A stretch of DNA of 64,000 nt from an uncultured Verrucomicrobiae bacterium (GTDB taxonomy: Bacteria > Verrucomicrobiota > Verrucomicrobiia > Chthoniobacterales > Chthoniobacteraceae): NCBI GenBank assembly GCA_963769025.1, contig CAVYKI010000003.1, positions 512,001-576,000 on the forward strand. The letters are read 5' to 3'. Position numbers and translations under genes: made by a program. The notes beneath the pieces are model-generated. The model was not told the origin of the DNA, searched no databases, and saw nothing but the letters and a program-made list of their open reading frames with translations. Positions within the stretch are counted from its first letter, which is position 1. Every line of letters starts with the position of its first letter. Below are positions 21,772-31,534 of this stretch, piece by piece.

Positions 21772-22621
21772 TTACTTTTTCGCCGGCGGCGGCGTGCCCT
21801 CGCTGTCCGGGTCGGTGAGATTGATCGGGCGCACCCAGATGTTGCGGTAGCGCACGGGATTCCCGTGGTCCTGCAGGCCGAGGTCGCCTTCCTGCGCGCC
21901 GGAGTCAAACTCGCGGCCCCACTGCACCACGATGCCGTTGTGAATCACCGAAAGGCGCGCCTTCTTCACCACCTTGCCCGTCTCGTCCTTGCTGCTGGCG
22001 CTCGACGATGATGTCGTAAGTCTGCCACTCGCCCGGCTTGCGCGACGCATTCACCATCGGCGGATAGCTCCCGTAAAGCCCCGCCGCCTGCCCGTCGGGA
22101 TACGTGTCATTTTCAAACGAATCCAGCACCTGCACCTCCGGAAATCCGCCGATGAACACGCCGCTGTTCCCGCGCCCCTGGCTGTTGCCCTTCACCTCGC
22201 TCGGCGCGGCCCACTCGATGTGCCACTGCGTGTCGCCCGCGATTTTCTCCCGCGTGCGGATCGAGCCGCTCTTCGGCACGATTTCAAAGTAACCGTTCTC
22301 GACCTTCCACAGCGCCTTGTCGTCCCCGTCCTCGGCGGCCTTCTTTCCGTCGCGTTTCCATTTGGAAAGATCCGTCCCTCCGAAAAGCACGATCGCATCC
22401 GAAGGCGGCTGCCCCGGCGCGGCCTGCGTGCTCATCCCCGGCGGCGTGATCACGCGCGGACGCGGGCGCGCCATGTCGCCATGCTTCCACTTCCCGCCCG
22501 GCGCGAGGTTTTCCTTCTTCGGCTCCGCAGCCTTCGGCGCGGGCTCGGCGGCAGTGCAGGTGAAGATGGATCCGGCGAGGGCCGCCACAGACGCGAGGAT
22601 GAGGGAACGGGGATGTGTCAT
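21772..22621 (-). CDS. DUF1080 (3-keto-disaccharide hydrolase-like) protein (frameshift near 21990)
   Basis: PPSDAIVLF, QGRGNSGVF, EVQVLDSF, PGEWQTYDI and LQDHGNPVRYRNIWVR. Confidence 0.88.
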
Positions 22622-22796
22622 GACGATTCGGGGTTGCCCGCGGACAACTGCGCACTGCGCCAGCCATTAGGGGAATTCCCGCCCCGCCGCACACTGAGGG
22701 AGTCGAGGGAACGCCTACGCCTTTCATCATCGCCGTCGCCCACGGGCATGTGCCTCCACGCGGCCTGCCCTTTGCGGAGAGAAACCGGGAAACCGT

Positions 22797-22825
22797 TTGA
22801 CGGTCCGCCCGTCCTCTCCGACTCT
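22797..22825 (+). promoter_or_regulatory. Putative sigma70-type promoter
   Basis: TTGACG (22797-22802), 17-bp spacer, GACTCT (22820-22825), directly upstream of the structured leader. Confidence 0.4.
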
Positions 22826-22830
22826 CCGCC

Positions 22831-22913
22831 TGTGAGCTAGGCGACTCAATTTTCAGAACACTGCACCAACACCGCAGAAGCGGTGTGCCTCGGCGCAGGC
22901 CGGGCAGTGTTCT
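22831..22913 (+). ncRNA. Structured leader RNA (hairpin + three-way junction), loosely C4-antisense-like
   Basis: AGAACACTGC (22855-64) pairs with GCAGTGTTCT (22904-13) and encloses ACACCGC-AGAA-GCGGTGT and CGGC-GCAG-GCCG hairpins; upstream TGAG-CTAGGCGA-CTCA hairpin. Confidence 0.5.
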
Positions 22914-23525
22914 ATGACAACACCAAAGCAAGATGGCCTCAACGGCCACACTCACGACCTCAACGGTCGTAGCGGTTCCCGGCAATGCTGGGAAATCACC
23001 AAGCTCCGCCGCGTGTCAGGTGACCCGGCGGCGTGGAAAGGCAGCACGGCGGACGGCCTTCCCGTCCACGTGAGCCACGTCCACGGCAACCTGCGCATCG
23101 AGATCGCGGAACCTTCGCGAACGCAACCGGGAGGCATCGGTTGGCGCGACCTGCTGGTCGTGCGCCCGGACTACATCGAGCTGGAACTCGATCTCCTGCG
23201 CGGCCGCAGCCAGCCGCCCGGCGGCGGCAAGCGCTCGGCGTCGGCCACACGGCGCGAGCGGTGCGAGCGGCAAAGGGTCGCCGACTGGTTCATCCTCGGC
23301 GAATGCAAGTCCGACCGCCGGACGAAGACGCCACGGATGAACTTCCGGCGGCTCTGCGCCGTGCTGGAGGCGCGCGAGGAGCACCTCGCCCACATGCTGC
23401 GCGCCGGAGTCGCGGGCGAGCCCGTGCGGGTCACCGTCTCGGCGCTCGTCGAGGGCGATCCGCTGCCGGGTGAAAGGCGCACGGAAGAGCCACGCTTCTT
23501 CCCGCGCAGCGGGGATGCCCGCTAA
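22914..23525 (+). CDS. Orphan hypothetical protein
   Basis: 203-aa ORF flanked by a putative promoter/leader and a strong downstream hairpin; no motif recognised. Confidence 0.55.
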   Translation: MTTPKQDGLNGHTHDLNGRSGSRQCWEITKLRRVSGDPAAWKGSTADGLPVHVSHVHGNLRIEIAEPSRTQPGGIGWRDLLVVRPDYIELELDLLRGRSQPPGGGKRSASATRRERCERQRVADWFILGECKSDRRTKTPRMNFRRLCAVLEAREEHLAHMLRAGVAGEPVRVTVSALVEGDPLPGERRTEEPRFFPRSGDAR

Positions 23526-23543
23526 ACGCCGCGGCTGAGACAT

Positions 23544-23574
23544 GCCTGCCCCGCCCCGCAAGGGCGGGGCAGGC
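23544..23574. terminator. Strong GC hairpin between convergent genes
   Basis: GCCTGCCCCGCCC-CGCAA-GGGCGGGGCAGGC, perfect 13-bp stem; no clear U-tract. Confidence 0.55.
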
Positions 23575-23625
23575 CCGGCCTTCTGGCCCGGGTGTCGCGG
23601 CCCGCGCCTGCGCGCAGGAGCCCCG

Positions 23626-26394
23626 TCACGGCTCGCTGAATCGCACGCGGAAAAAATGGTCCGCGCCGTTCAGGGGAACGGTGATGGTGCGCAGGGTGTC
23701 AGCGGCGGGATAGGTGGGCAGATTGCCGGGAGCGTTCCAAGTGTGCCACTCGCCCAGGTCGCCGCTGGCCTCGATGATTGCAGAGCGGTTTGCCGGCTGG
23801 GTGAACTGGACTTGCAGACTGCCGCCGAGGATCTGCATCGCGCCGTAGTTCCAAATGCTGGAAGCCGAGTTCGGATTTGTGCGGGTGAAATATTCCAGCT
23901 CATTCGTGCGCCCGTCGCGATCGGGATCGTCGCCCGCTGCGCCGACGGGTGGTGACTGCGCGGCGAGCCATTGCGCGAAACTCTGCCGCGTGGTCAGCGA
24001 GGCGATCCAGTCGGTCATGAGCTGCTCGTTCGCGAGATCGCGTTCGTTTGTCGCCAGTGGCGGCATGCGCGGGACGCCGTTGCCCTGCTGGCGCTTGAGC
24101 ACCATCGAATGCGCCGCGTCGCCGGGAACCGCGAAACGATTGTCTGCGTCGCCGCCGTCATTGATGAGGAGACCGTTGATCAGATTCGCGGCGTCCGTTT
24201 TCGTGCCGTGGCGCGCGTCCCATGCGCCTTGCGAAGGGCCGCCGGGCTGGTGGCACTGCACGCAGTTCACCGCGAGATAGGAGCGCACGCGCCACTCGAG
24301 CGACTGCGTGGTGTCCGTCGCGGGCGCGAAGGCCGGGAGGTTGTTCACGCCGCTGACCAGCGCGCTGAAGTAGCCCGCGTTGCTCAGCGCCTGGATCTGA
24401 TTTTGCGAGGTGCCGCCGAAGTCATGCGCGCGGTTCATCTGCGGCGTGTTGAAGCTGAGTGCGTGGCCGCCCGCCTGCGTGTGGCAGGTGAGGCACTCGC
24501 CACGGCTCGGATACCGCCACGTCTGCGAAGGGCTGCTGCTCGGGATCGCTTCGGAAAGGCCGGACTCGGCCACGAGATCGGCGTCGCTTTGATCCGTGCG
24601 CCACTTGTAGCTCAGGCCATACACGTCCGTCGCCGTCTTCACGAGGAAGCGCGTCTCCAGCTTGCGCCGCGTCGCGGGGACTCCGCGCGTGGTCTCGATG
24701 TCGAAGTGCTTCACCCACACCATGCCGCCGGGGAACGACCAGTTGCCGGCGCTGTTGAAAGTGATCGTGTCCGTCAGGTTCCTGATGCCAAACCAGCGCC
24801 TCTTGATCGCGTAGTCGCTCCAGAAATCCACATTCGGCGCGTATGCCACGATGCCGGCGTTCGGTGCGAGCGTCGTCAGGTTTGAAAATGCGCCCGTCGC
24901 GGAGAGGGTCGCCGGTGGCGCGGTGCCGCTGGTGCCGCTGCGGGAGATTTTATAAATGGTGCCCAGGAGGCTGCACAGCAGCGGTTCGCCGTCGCGCGGG
25001 TCCGTGCCGTAGTCCACGATCTGCGCCCGCGTGGTGAGGTATTGCGCGGACCACACGCCCGGGCTCGCCTCGGTGAGCGCCGCGATGATGCCGCCGTTGC
25101 CGTAGATGTCGCCGAAGATATATTTTCCCTGCAACTCGGTGAGCTGGTTGCCGCGATACACGATGCCTCCGCAGACCGAGACGCCGTAGATGGGGCCGCC
25201 CGCCGCGTTGTCGCTCACATACTCGAAGATGGGATCGATGGGACTGAAGCCGGTCGCGGGCGGCGCGTTGGTGTTGCCGGGCGAATTGTCCGGGAACCGC
25301 GGCGGCACGGTGGCGGATTGGTAGTAGGCGTGCTTCCCTTCGCGCCAGCTCCAGCCGTAGTCGCCGCCCTTCACGACGATGTCCACCTCCTCCCAGTCGA
25401 GCTGCCCCACATCGCCGAGGAAGATGCGCCCAGTCGGCGGATCGATCGTGAAGCGGAACGGATTGCGGAAGCCCGTGGCGAAAATTTCCGTGCGCACCGT
25501 CGTGGGATCGATCGTCTGGCCGTGCCAGCTTGTGAAGCCGATGAACGGATTGTCCGCAGGCACCCGGTAGGCGCCCGCGTGGATGGCGCTCGGGTGGCTG
25601 GTGGAGTTCGTCTGCGTGTGGGTATTCGGAAGGAGGTTCGCGGGGTCGCCGTCCACATCCAGCCGCAGCATCTGACCCCAGAAGTTTTTGTTGATGAAGC
25701 GCGCGTTGTTGTACTGGTCGCCGCCGCCGCCCTCATCGCCGAGCGAGAGGTAAAGATAGCCGTCCGCGCCGAACGCAAGGTCGCCGCCATTGTGGTTGCC
25801 CGCCGCATCGCGAATCGTGAGCAGGGGCGCCATCGTCGCCGGGTTCGCGCTGGCCGCCGCGTTGTAGTTCTCGGTCGCCGGATTCGAGTCCGGATCGGTT
25901 GCCTGAAAGCGCGCGAGCCTCTGATGCAACTGGCCGCCGACGGTGATGCTGAACCATAGGTAAAAGTAGCCGTTCTTGTTGTACGCCGGATGAAACACCA
26001 TGCTCAGCAGGCCATTCTCGCTGTCCGTCGGGAGCGGCGTGCCCTGCGCCGTGAGATACGTCGCCAGATCCATGAAGGTCGCCTGCGATGGATTCGCCGT
26101 GCCCAGATTGTTCACCACCCGCACCACGCCTGCGCGCTGTGCCACATGGAGCCGGTTCGTTTCGCCGGCCGGAAAGGCCGTACACATCGGACTCGCGAAA
26201 GTCATCGGAGTGCCGTTGGAATAATTGATGGCACTCGTGGTGGTGTATCCGGTCGCGACCGGCAGGCCGGCGGGGAGGTTCAGCGTGGTGGCGGCTTCAC
26301 GCACGAGCTGGCCGGTTGCCGGGGAGTTCATTCCTGCGGCGAGGCAAAGGACCATCGCAAGAATACGGGAGCGGGGCGAGGATGTGGGATTCAT
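23626..26394 (-). CDS. Glucose/sorbosone dehydrogenase-like propeller fused to c-type cytochrome domain
   Basis: ENGLLSMVFHP, NHNGGDLAFGADGYLY, GFRNPFRF and GDVGQ; heme motifs CLTCH and CVQCH; C-terminal DPDRDGRTNELEY...FFRVR. Confidence 0.85.
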   Translation of the reverse strand: MNPTSSPRSRILAMVLCLAAGMNSPATGQLVREAATTLNLPAGLPVATGYTTTSAINYSNGTPMTFASPMCTAFPAGETNRLHVAQRAGVVRVVNNLGTANPSQATFMDLATYLTAQGTPLPTDSENGLLSMVFHPAYNKNGYFYLWFSITVGGQLHQRLARFQATDPDSNPATENYNAAASANPATMAPLLTIRDAAGNHNGGDLAFGADGYLYLSLGDEGGGGDQYNNARFINKNFWGQMLRLDVDGDPANLLPNTHTQTNSTSHPSAIHAGAYRVPADNPFIGFTSWHGQTIDPTTVRTEIFATGFRNPFRFTIDPPTGRIFLGDVGQLDWEEVDIVVKGGDYGWSWREGKHAYYQSATVPPRFPDNSPGNTNAPPATGFSPIDPIFEYVSDNAAGGPIYGVSVCGGIVYRGNQLTELQGKYIFGDIYGNGGIIAALTEASPGVWSAQYLTTRAQIVDYGTDPRDGEPLLCSLLGTIYKISRSGTSGTAPPATLSATGAFSNLTTLAPNAGIVAYAPNVDFWSDYAIKRRWFGIRNLTDTITFNSAGNWSFPGGMVWVKHFDIETTRGVPATRRKLETRFLVKTATDVYGLSYKWRTDQSDADLVAESGLSEAIPSSSPSQTWRYPSRGECLTCHTQAGGHALSFNTPQMNRAHDFGGTSQNQIQALSNAGYFSALVSGVNNLPAFAPATDTTQSLEWRVRSYLAVNCVQCHQPGGPSQGAWDARHGTKTDAANLINGLLINDGGDADNRFAVPGDAAHSMVLKRQQGNGVPRMPPLATNERDLANEQLMTDWIASLTTRQSFAQWLAAQSPPVGAAGDDPDRDGRTNELEYFTRTNPNSASSIWNYGAMQILGGSLQVQFTQPANRSAIIEASGDLGEWHTWNAPGNLPTYPAADTLRTITVPLNGADHFFRVRFSEP

Positions 26395-26578
26395 GGGGAA
26401 GAGCGGAGCGGCCTGAAAGCGGGTCCGATCCAGATCGGGAAAAATGGACACCCGGTTCGCAGGAGCCGCAAGGGAAGCCGGGTGCAATCCGACACGCTCG
26501 CAGGCAGGACAGGCTCGAACCTGACTCTTCACAGTGGGTCCTGGCAGCCTTCCAGAAACTGCCGCCACCGCACGGACC

Positions 26579-28015
26579 TTACGCGAGGATTTCCTTTACG
26601 ATCTCGCCGTACACATCCGTCAGCCGGATGTCGCGGCCGCTGAAGCGGAAGGTGAGCTTCGTGTGATCGATGCCGAGCAGGTGCAGCATCGTCGCGTGCA
26701 GGTCGTGGATGGCCACCTTGTTCTCGACGGCCTTGTAGCCGTAGTCGTCCGTCGCGCCGTAGGTCACGCCGCCCTTCACGCCGCCGCCGGCGAGCCACAT
26801 GGTGAAGCCGAACGGATTGTGATCGCGCCCGTCCTTGCCCTGCGCGAACGGCGTGCGGCCGAATTCGCCGCCCCACACGACGAGCGTGCTGTCGAGCAGG
26901 CCGCGGGACTTGAGATCCTTCAGCAGCCCGGCGATCGGCTGATCCACGGCGCGCGCGTTCTTCTCGTGGCCGTCCTTGAGGTCGCCGTGCTGATCCCAGC
27001 GGTCGCCTGCGCCGTTCGGGCAGGTGAGCTCGATGAACCGCACGCCGCGCTCGACGAGCCGCCGCGCGAGCAGGCACTGCGCGCCGAAGGTCTGCGTCTG
27101 CGGCAGCTTCGCGTCCAGCCGTAGAGTTCGCGCGTCGCGGCGGTCTCCCCGTCGAGCGTCCATGAGTTCCGGCACGGCGGACTGCATGCGGTAGGCGAGT
27201 TCGTAGTTGGCGATCGCACTTTCCAGCGCATCGAGCTTTCCAAAGCGCGAGACGACTCCGCGATCGAGCTTCCGCATCAGCGCGAGCTTGTGCTTTTGCA
27301 GCGCGGCGCTCGCCTCGGTCGGCGTGACGTTCGCGACGGCATTCGCGCCCGTCTTGAAAATCGAGCCCTGATACGTCGCCGGCAGGAAGCCGCTGTTGAA
27401 GTTGTCGAGCCCGCCCGGCGGGATGAGCCCGCCATTCAGCACGACGAAGCCCGGCAGGTCCGCATTCTCGCTGCCGAGCCCGTAGCCGACCCACGCGCCC
27501 ATGCTCGGCCGACCTTGCAGGCCGCTGCCGGTGTGCAGGAAGTAATTCGCGTTCGTGTGCTCGGAGAACTCGCTCGTCATCGAGCGCACGATCGCGAGGT
27601 CGTCGACGCACTGCGCGACGTGCGGGAACAGCTCGCTGACCGGCGCGCCGCACTGCCCGTACTGCTGGAACTTCCACGGCGAGCCGAGCGTGCTGCCGTT
27701 GTTGTTGAACTGCGTCGGCTCCATCTTCATCCCGAACGGCTTGCCGTTCTCCGCGGTCAGCCGCGGCTTCGGGTCGAACGTGTCGACCTGCGACGGCCCG
27801 CCGTCCATGTAGAGGAAGATGACGCTCTTCGCCTTCGCCGGAAAATGCGTCGGGCGCGGCGCGAGCGGATTGTGCGGCTCCGCGCGGACGACTCCGCCGA
27901 ACGCCTTGTCAGCCATCAGCGCCGTGAGCGCGATGGCACCGAAGCCGTTCGCGCAACGCGCGAGCATTTCGCGCCGCGAGAGCGCGCGTGGGGAAAAGTT
28001 TCCGCAGTGGTGCAT
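26579..28015 (-). CDS. DUF1501 protein
   Basis: SRREML Tat-like motif, AKSVIFLYMDGGPSQVDTFDPKP, WDQH, GEFGRTP and GRDHNP. Confidence 0.92.
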   Translation of the reverse strand: MHHCGNFSPRALSRREMLARCANGFGAIALTALMADKAFGGVVRAEPHNPLAPRPTHFPAKAKSVIFLYMDGGPSQVDTFDPKPRLTAENGKPFGMKMEPTQFNNNGSTLGSPWKFQQYGQCGAPVSELFPHVAQCVDDLAIVRSMTSEFSEHTNANYFLHTGSGLQGRPSMGAWVGYGLGSENADLPGFVVLNGGLIPPGGLDNFNSGFLPATYQGSIFKTGANAVANVTPTEASAALQKHKLALMRKLDRGVVSRFGKLDALESAIANYELAYRMQSAVPELMDARRGDRRDARTLRLDAKLPQTQTFGAQCLLARRLVERGVRFIELTCPNGAGDRWDQHGDLKDGHEKNARAVDQPIAGLLKDLKSRGLLDSTLVVWGGEFGRTPFAQGKDGRDHNPFGFTMWLAGGGVKGGVTYGATDDYGYKAVENKVAIHDLHATMLHLLGIDHTKLTFRFSGRDIRLTDVYGEIVKEILA

Positions 28016-28018
28016 GGG

Positions 28019-31000
28019 TCAGTTGAGGTAGATGAATTCCTTCACGTTGAACAGCACGTGCGCGAAGTCAGCCCATGCGCGGTCGTCGCCTTTGGGATCC
28101 TTTGCGCCGTAAAGCGCGCGCTGTTCGGCGAGGAAGGTGTTGGCGTCGGCGAGCTCCTCCGGCGTCGGTGGCCGGCTGAATGCGGCGAGATACATCTGCC
28201 GCACGCGCTGCGTCGGGTCCGTGCTCGCGGGCGTCCGCTGCGCCCACAGCTTCGCCTGCTCCACGACGAACGGATCGTTCATCAGGATCAGCGCCTGCGC
28301 GGGGACGTTCGAGACGTTGCGTCGGCCCACCGAGTTGAACGGAATCGGCGTGTCGAAGGCGAGCATCATGGACGGCAGGAAATTGCGGCGCACGGCGGTG
28401 TAGATGCTGCGGCGACCGTCGCCGTCGAGCGGACCGCTGCGGCTCGGCTTGCCGCGGCCATCCATGAATGCGCTGAGGAAAACCGGCACGGGCGGGCCGC
28501 CGAGCTTCGGATCGAGCCGCCCGGAAATGGCGAGCATCGCGTCGCGGATGGCCTCGCCTTCGAGGCGGCGGAGGTTGGCTCGGTGCAGGAGGACATTCTC
28601 CGGATCGGCCTGCTCGGCGGCGGAGTCCGCCGGCGCGCTCGACATCGCAAAAGTGCGCGAGAGCACGAGCTCGCGGATGAGCTTCTTCACCGACCAGCCC
28701 TGCTCCTTCACGAAACGCGCGGCGAGATGGTCGAGCAGCTCGGGGTGCAACGGCGGCTGGCCGAGCACACCGAGGTTGTCCATCGAGGCGACGATGCCGC
28801 GTCCGAAGAGGTGATGCCACACACGGTTCACGATGACTCTCGATGTGAGTGGATTCGCAGGATCGATGATCCGTTGCGCGAGTCCCAGGCGTCCGCTGCC
28901 GCTCTTGGGTTCCGGCTGGTTCGGGCCGGCGATGGCTTCGAGGAATCCCCGCGGCACCATCGCGGCGGGCACCTTTGCCTGGCCGCGCACGAGCAGGAAT
29001 TCATTGATGCCGCTCCCCTCGAACATCGCGGGCGCGGTCTGCGATGTCGGGCGGATCTTCGCAGTCAGTTCGGATTGCTGCGCGACGAGCGGCTGCACGT
29101 TCTCGACGAGCTGACGCCGCGCGGGGCTGCCTGCCGGCGCGAAGAGGACGAGCTTCCGCACGAGCCAGTCCGCGAGCACCGCCTCGTCGCCGATCTTGTC
29201 GTTGCGGATTTTTTCACACACGCCGGCGAGCGCGCGCTGCGTCGCCTCGGCGAGTGTGAGCGGTGAAGTGACCTTCGCATCGTGCAGCGCGGAGAGCAGC
29301 ACCGTGCTTGTGGCATCCGGCAGAGGCGGCCTTTCCGCAGACTGCACGACCATCGCGATGGCGAGATCGCTGGCGCCCACGGGGCTGAATTCCACATGGA
29401 GCCGGTGCCCGGTGTAGGCCGTGAGCGGATGCTCCACCCACTGCCAGTCATCGTTCTTGGCCTTCCATTCCTTCAGCAGCGCGCCGTGCAGAGGGCCGCG
29501 GACGATGAGATGCGAATCCACTGCCGCATAAGCGCGGCCCGCGCCCTTCACGAGATACCACAGGCGCTCACCGGCGAGCTTCACATCCGGCGTGCGCAGC
29601 GTCTGCTCGGAACGCTCCCACGCGCCGAGCGTGCCCACGTCGCGCTCGACACCTTTGGTCGCGAGCGATTTCCACGCCGCGTCGCGCACGGCTGCTGCGC
29701 GCACGGCGATGCCGAGGAGCGGCTGGTCGGCGGTGCCGCCGAAAATCGGATCGCCCGCGTGCAGCGGACGCTGTCCGAAGCTGAAGCCATCCTGCATCCA
29801 CGGCGTGGCTCCGGTGCGCGTGTAGTCGGCGACGATCTGCTCGGGCGAAAACTTGAGTACGCCCGTCACCTCGCGTTTCTCCATTTCCGCGAGCACCGGC
29901 GCGAAGGCCTTCGCAAATGCCTGCGCTTCGTCCGCCTTCGGATCCGCCGCGATTTTCGCAAATGCGTGAAGCGGATTCTGCGCGTCACCCTTCGCGGCCT
30001 TCAGTTCGGCGGCGAGACTCGCGATGAATGCCGAATCATTCGCGCCTTCGTCCGGCGGCGGCGTGCCGTTCGGGACGCGCAGCACGCCGCGCGCGGCCAT
30101 GAGCGCATCAGCCAGCCGCGAAACGCGCGGCTCGATCGCATCGGCCACATTTTTCAAAAGCGCCGAGCGTGTCGCGGTGCGCACGCGGTCGAGCTGCTGC
30201 GCGATTTCCCGGTGCGGCTCCAGCGTCTCGAAGCGCGCCTGCCGGTAGCCGCTGCTGATGAGGTAGCCCTGCAGCGCGTAGAAATCGCGCTGCGAGATGG
30301 CGTCAAACTTGTGGTCGTGGCAGCGCGCGCAGGCGATGGTCACGCCGAGGAACGCCTTGCCCATCACGTCGATCCGGTTGTCCATGCGGTCGGCCTCGTC
30401 CTGCCGGATGTCCACTGGCGAATGGACCTCCTCACCGAGGAACCAGAAGCCCGTGCCGATGATCGATTCATTCGCGCCGGTCTGGGCGTTCATGCGCGGC
30501 GGGAGAAGGTCGCCCGCGATGTGCTCGGCGGCGAATCGGTCGTAAGGCACGTCGGCGTTCAGCGCGCGCACGACGTAATCGCGATACTGCCAGGCGTTCG
30601 GAATTTCCGGATCGAATTCGTGCCCGCGCGTCTCGGCGTAGCGCACGAGGTCGAGCCAGTGCCGAGCCCAGCGTTCGCCGAAATGCGGAGAGGCGAGGAG
30701 GCGATCCACAGTTGCCTCCAGCGGTGACTGCTGACTGGTGACCTTTGACTGGTATTCGCGCACGAACGCCTCCACTTCCCCGGCTGTCGGCGGAAGGCCC
30801 GTGATGGCGAAAGTGAGGCGTCGGAGCAAAGTCGCGGCGTCAGTGTCCGGCGCGGGCTTCAGCCCTTTCTCCTCCAGCTTCGCGAGGATGAAACGGTCGG
30901 CATCCGTGCGCGGCCATTCCGCAAATTTAGAATCCTTCACAGCGGGCACCGGTGGATTCACCACCGGCTGCCAGCACCAGTGCTCCTGCTTTCGCTTTGC

Positions 31001-31438
31001 GAGATCGAAAATCTCCTTCGTCGTCACCTTCGCACCCGCCTCCTGCGGCCACGGCGCGCCCGCCTTCACCCAGGCCTCGATGTCTGCGATCTGCTGCGGC
31101 GCGAGCGCCTTTTTCGGCGGCATCTGCATGTCGGAGTTCTTCCAGCGGATGGCCTCGACGAGCAGGCTCTTCTCCGGATCGCCGGGCGTGATGGCCGGGC
31201 CGGTGTCGCCGCCCTTGAGCCACGCCTCGCGGCTGTCGAGCATCAGCCCGCCCTTGAGCTTTTCCGAAGTCGAGCTGTGGCACTTGTAGCACTGCTCCGA
31301 GAGCACCGGCCGGATGCGCTTCTCGAAAAACTCCACGCTCTCCGCAGGCTCCGCCGCAAGCGAGACGCCGCAGGCGAAGATCGAAACCATCGCGCCGAGG
31401 ATGCCGGCGGTACGCAGTTGGTTCAGGATGAAAGTCAC
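28019..31438 (-). CDS. Planctomycete cytochrome c + DUF1549/DUF1553 (PSD1) protein
   Basis: FFEKRIRPVL..QCYKCH, SPHFGERWARHWLD, CARCHDHKFD, VNRVWHHLFGRG and PAQALILMN. Confidence 0.92.
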   Translation of the reverse strand: MTFILNQLRTAGILGAMVSIFACGVSLAAEPAESVEFFEKRIRPVLSEQCYKCHSSTSEKLKGGLMLDSREAWLKGGDTGPAITPGDPEKSLLVEAIRWKNSDMQMPPKKALAPQQIADIEAWVKAGAPWPQEAGAKVTTKEIFDLAKRKQEHWCWQPVVNPPVPAVKDSKFAEWPRTDADRFILAKLEEKGLKPAPDTDAATLLRRLTFAITGLPPTAGEVEAFVREYQSKVTSQQSPLEATVDRLLASPHFGERWARHWLDLVRYAETRGHEFDPEIPNAWQYRDYVVRALNADVPYDRFAAEHIAGDLLPPRMNAQTGANESIIGTGFWFLGEEVHSPVDIRQDEADRMDNRIDVMGKAFLGVTIACARCHDHKFDAISQRDFYALQGYLISSGYRQARFETLEPHREIAQQLDRVRTATRSALLKNVADAIEPRVSRLADALMAARGVLRVPNGTPPPDEGANDSAFIASLAAELKAAKGDAQNPLHAFAKIAADPKADEAQAFAKAFAPVLAEMEKREVTGVLKFSPEQIVADYTRTGATPWMQDGFSFGQRPLHAGDPIFGGTADQPLLGIAVRAAAVRDAAWKSLATKGVERDVGTLGAWERSEQTLRTPDVKLAGERLWYLVKGAGRAYAAVDSHLIVRGPLHGALLKEWKAKNDDWQWVEHPLTAYTGHRLHVEFSPVGASDLAIAMVVQSAERPPLPDATSTVLLSALHDAKVTSPLTLAEATQRALAGVCEKIRNDKIGDEAVLADWLVRKLVLFAPAGSPARRQLVENVQPLVAQQSELTAKIRPTSQTAPAMFEGSGINEFLLVRGQAKVPAAMVPRGFLEAIAGPNQPEPKSGSGRLGLAQRIIDPANPLTSRVIVNRVWHHLFGRGIVASMDNLGVLGQPPLHPELLDHLAARFVKEQGWSVKKLIRELVLSRTFAMSSAPADSAAEQADPENVLLHRANLRRLEGEAIRDAMLAISGRLDPKLGGPPVPVFLSAFMDGRGKPSRSGPLDGDGRRSIYTAVRRNFLPSMMLAFDTPIPFNSVGRRNVSNVPAQALILMNDPFVVEQAKLWAQRTPASTDPTQRVRQMYLAAFSRPPTPEELADANTFLAEQRALYGAKDPKGDDRAWADFAHVLFNVKEFIYLN

Positions 31439-31534
31439 GGTTGAAGGTAACCCTCGCACAGTCCGTTACGGAGGACCAATTTCCACCAATTCTCACCGCC
31501 TTCGAGCAGCGCGAGGGAACACCACGTCCCCCCG

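Noticed and set aside
22831..22913. tRNA gene or known riboswitch
   Set aside because: No cloverleaf with TTCG T-loop and anticodon arm, and no aptamer consensus recognised by eye.
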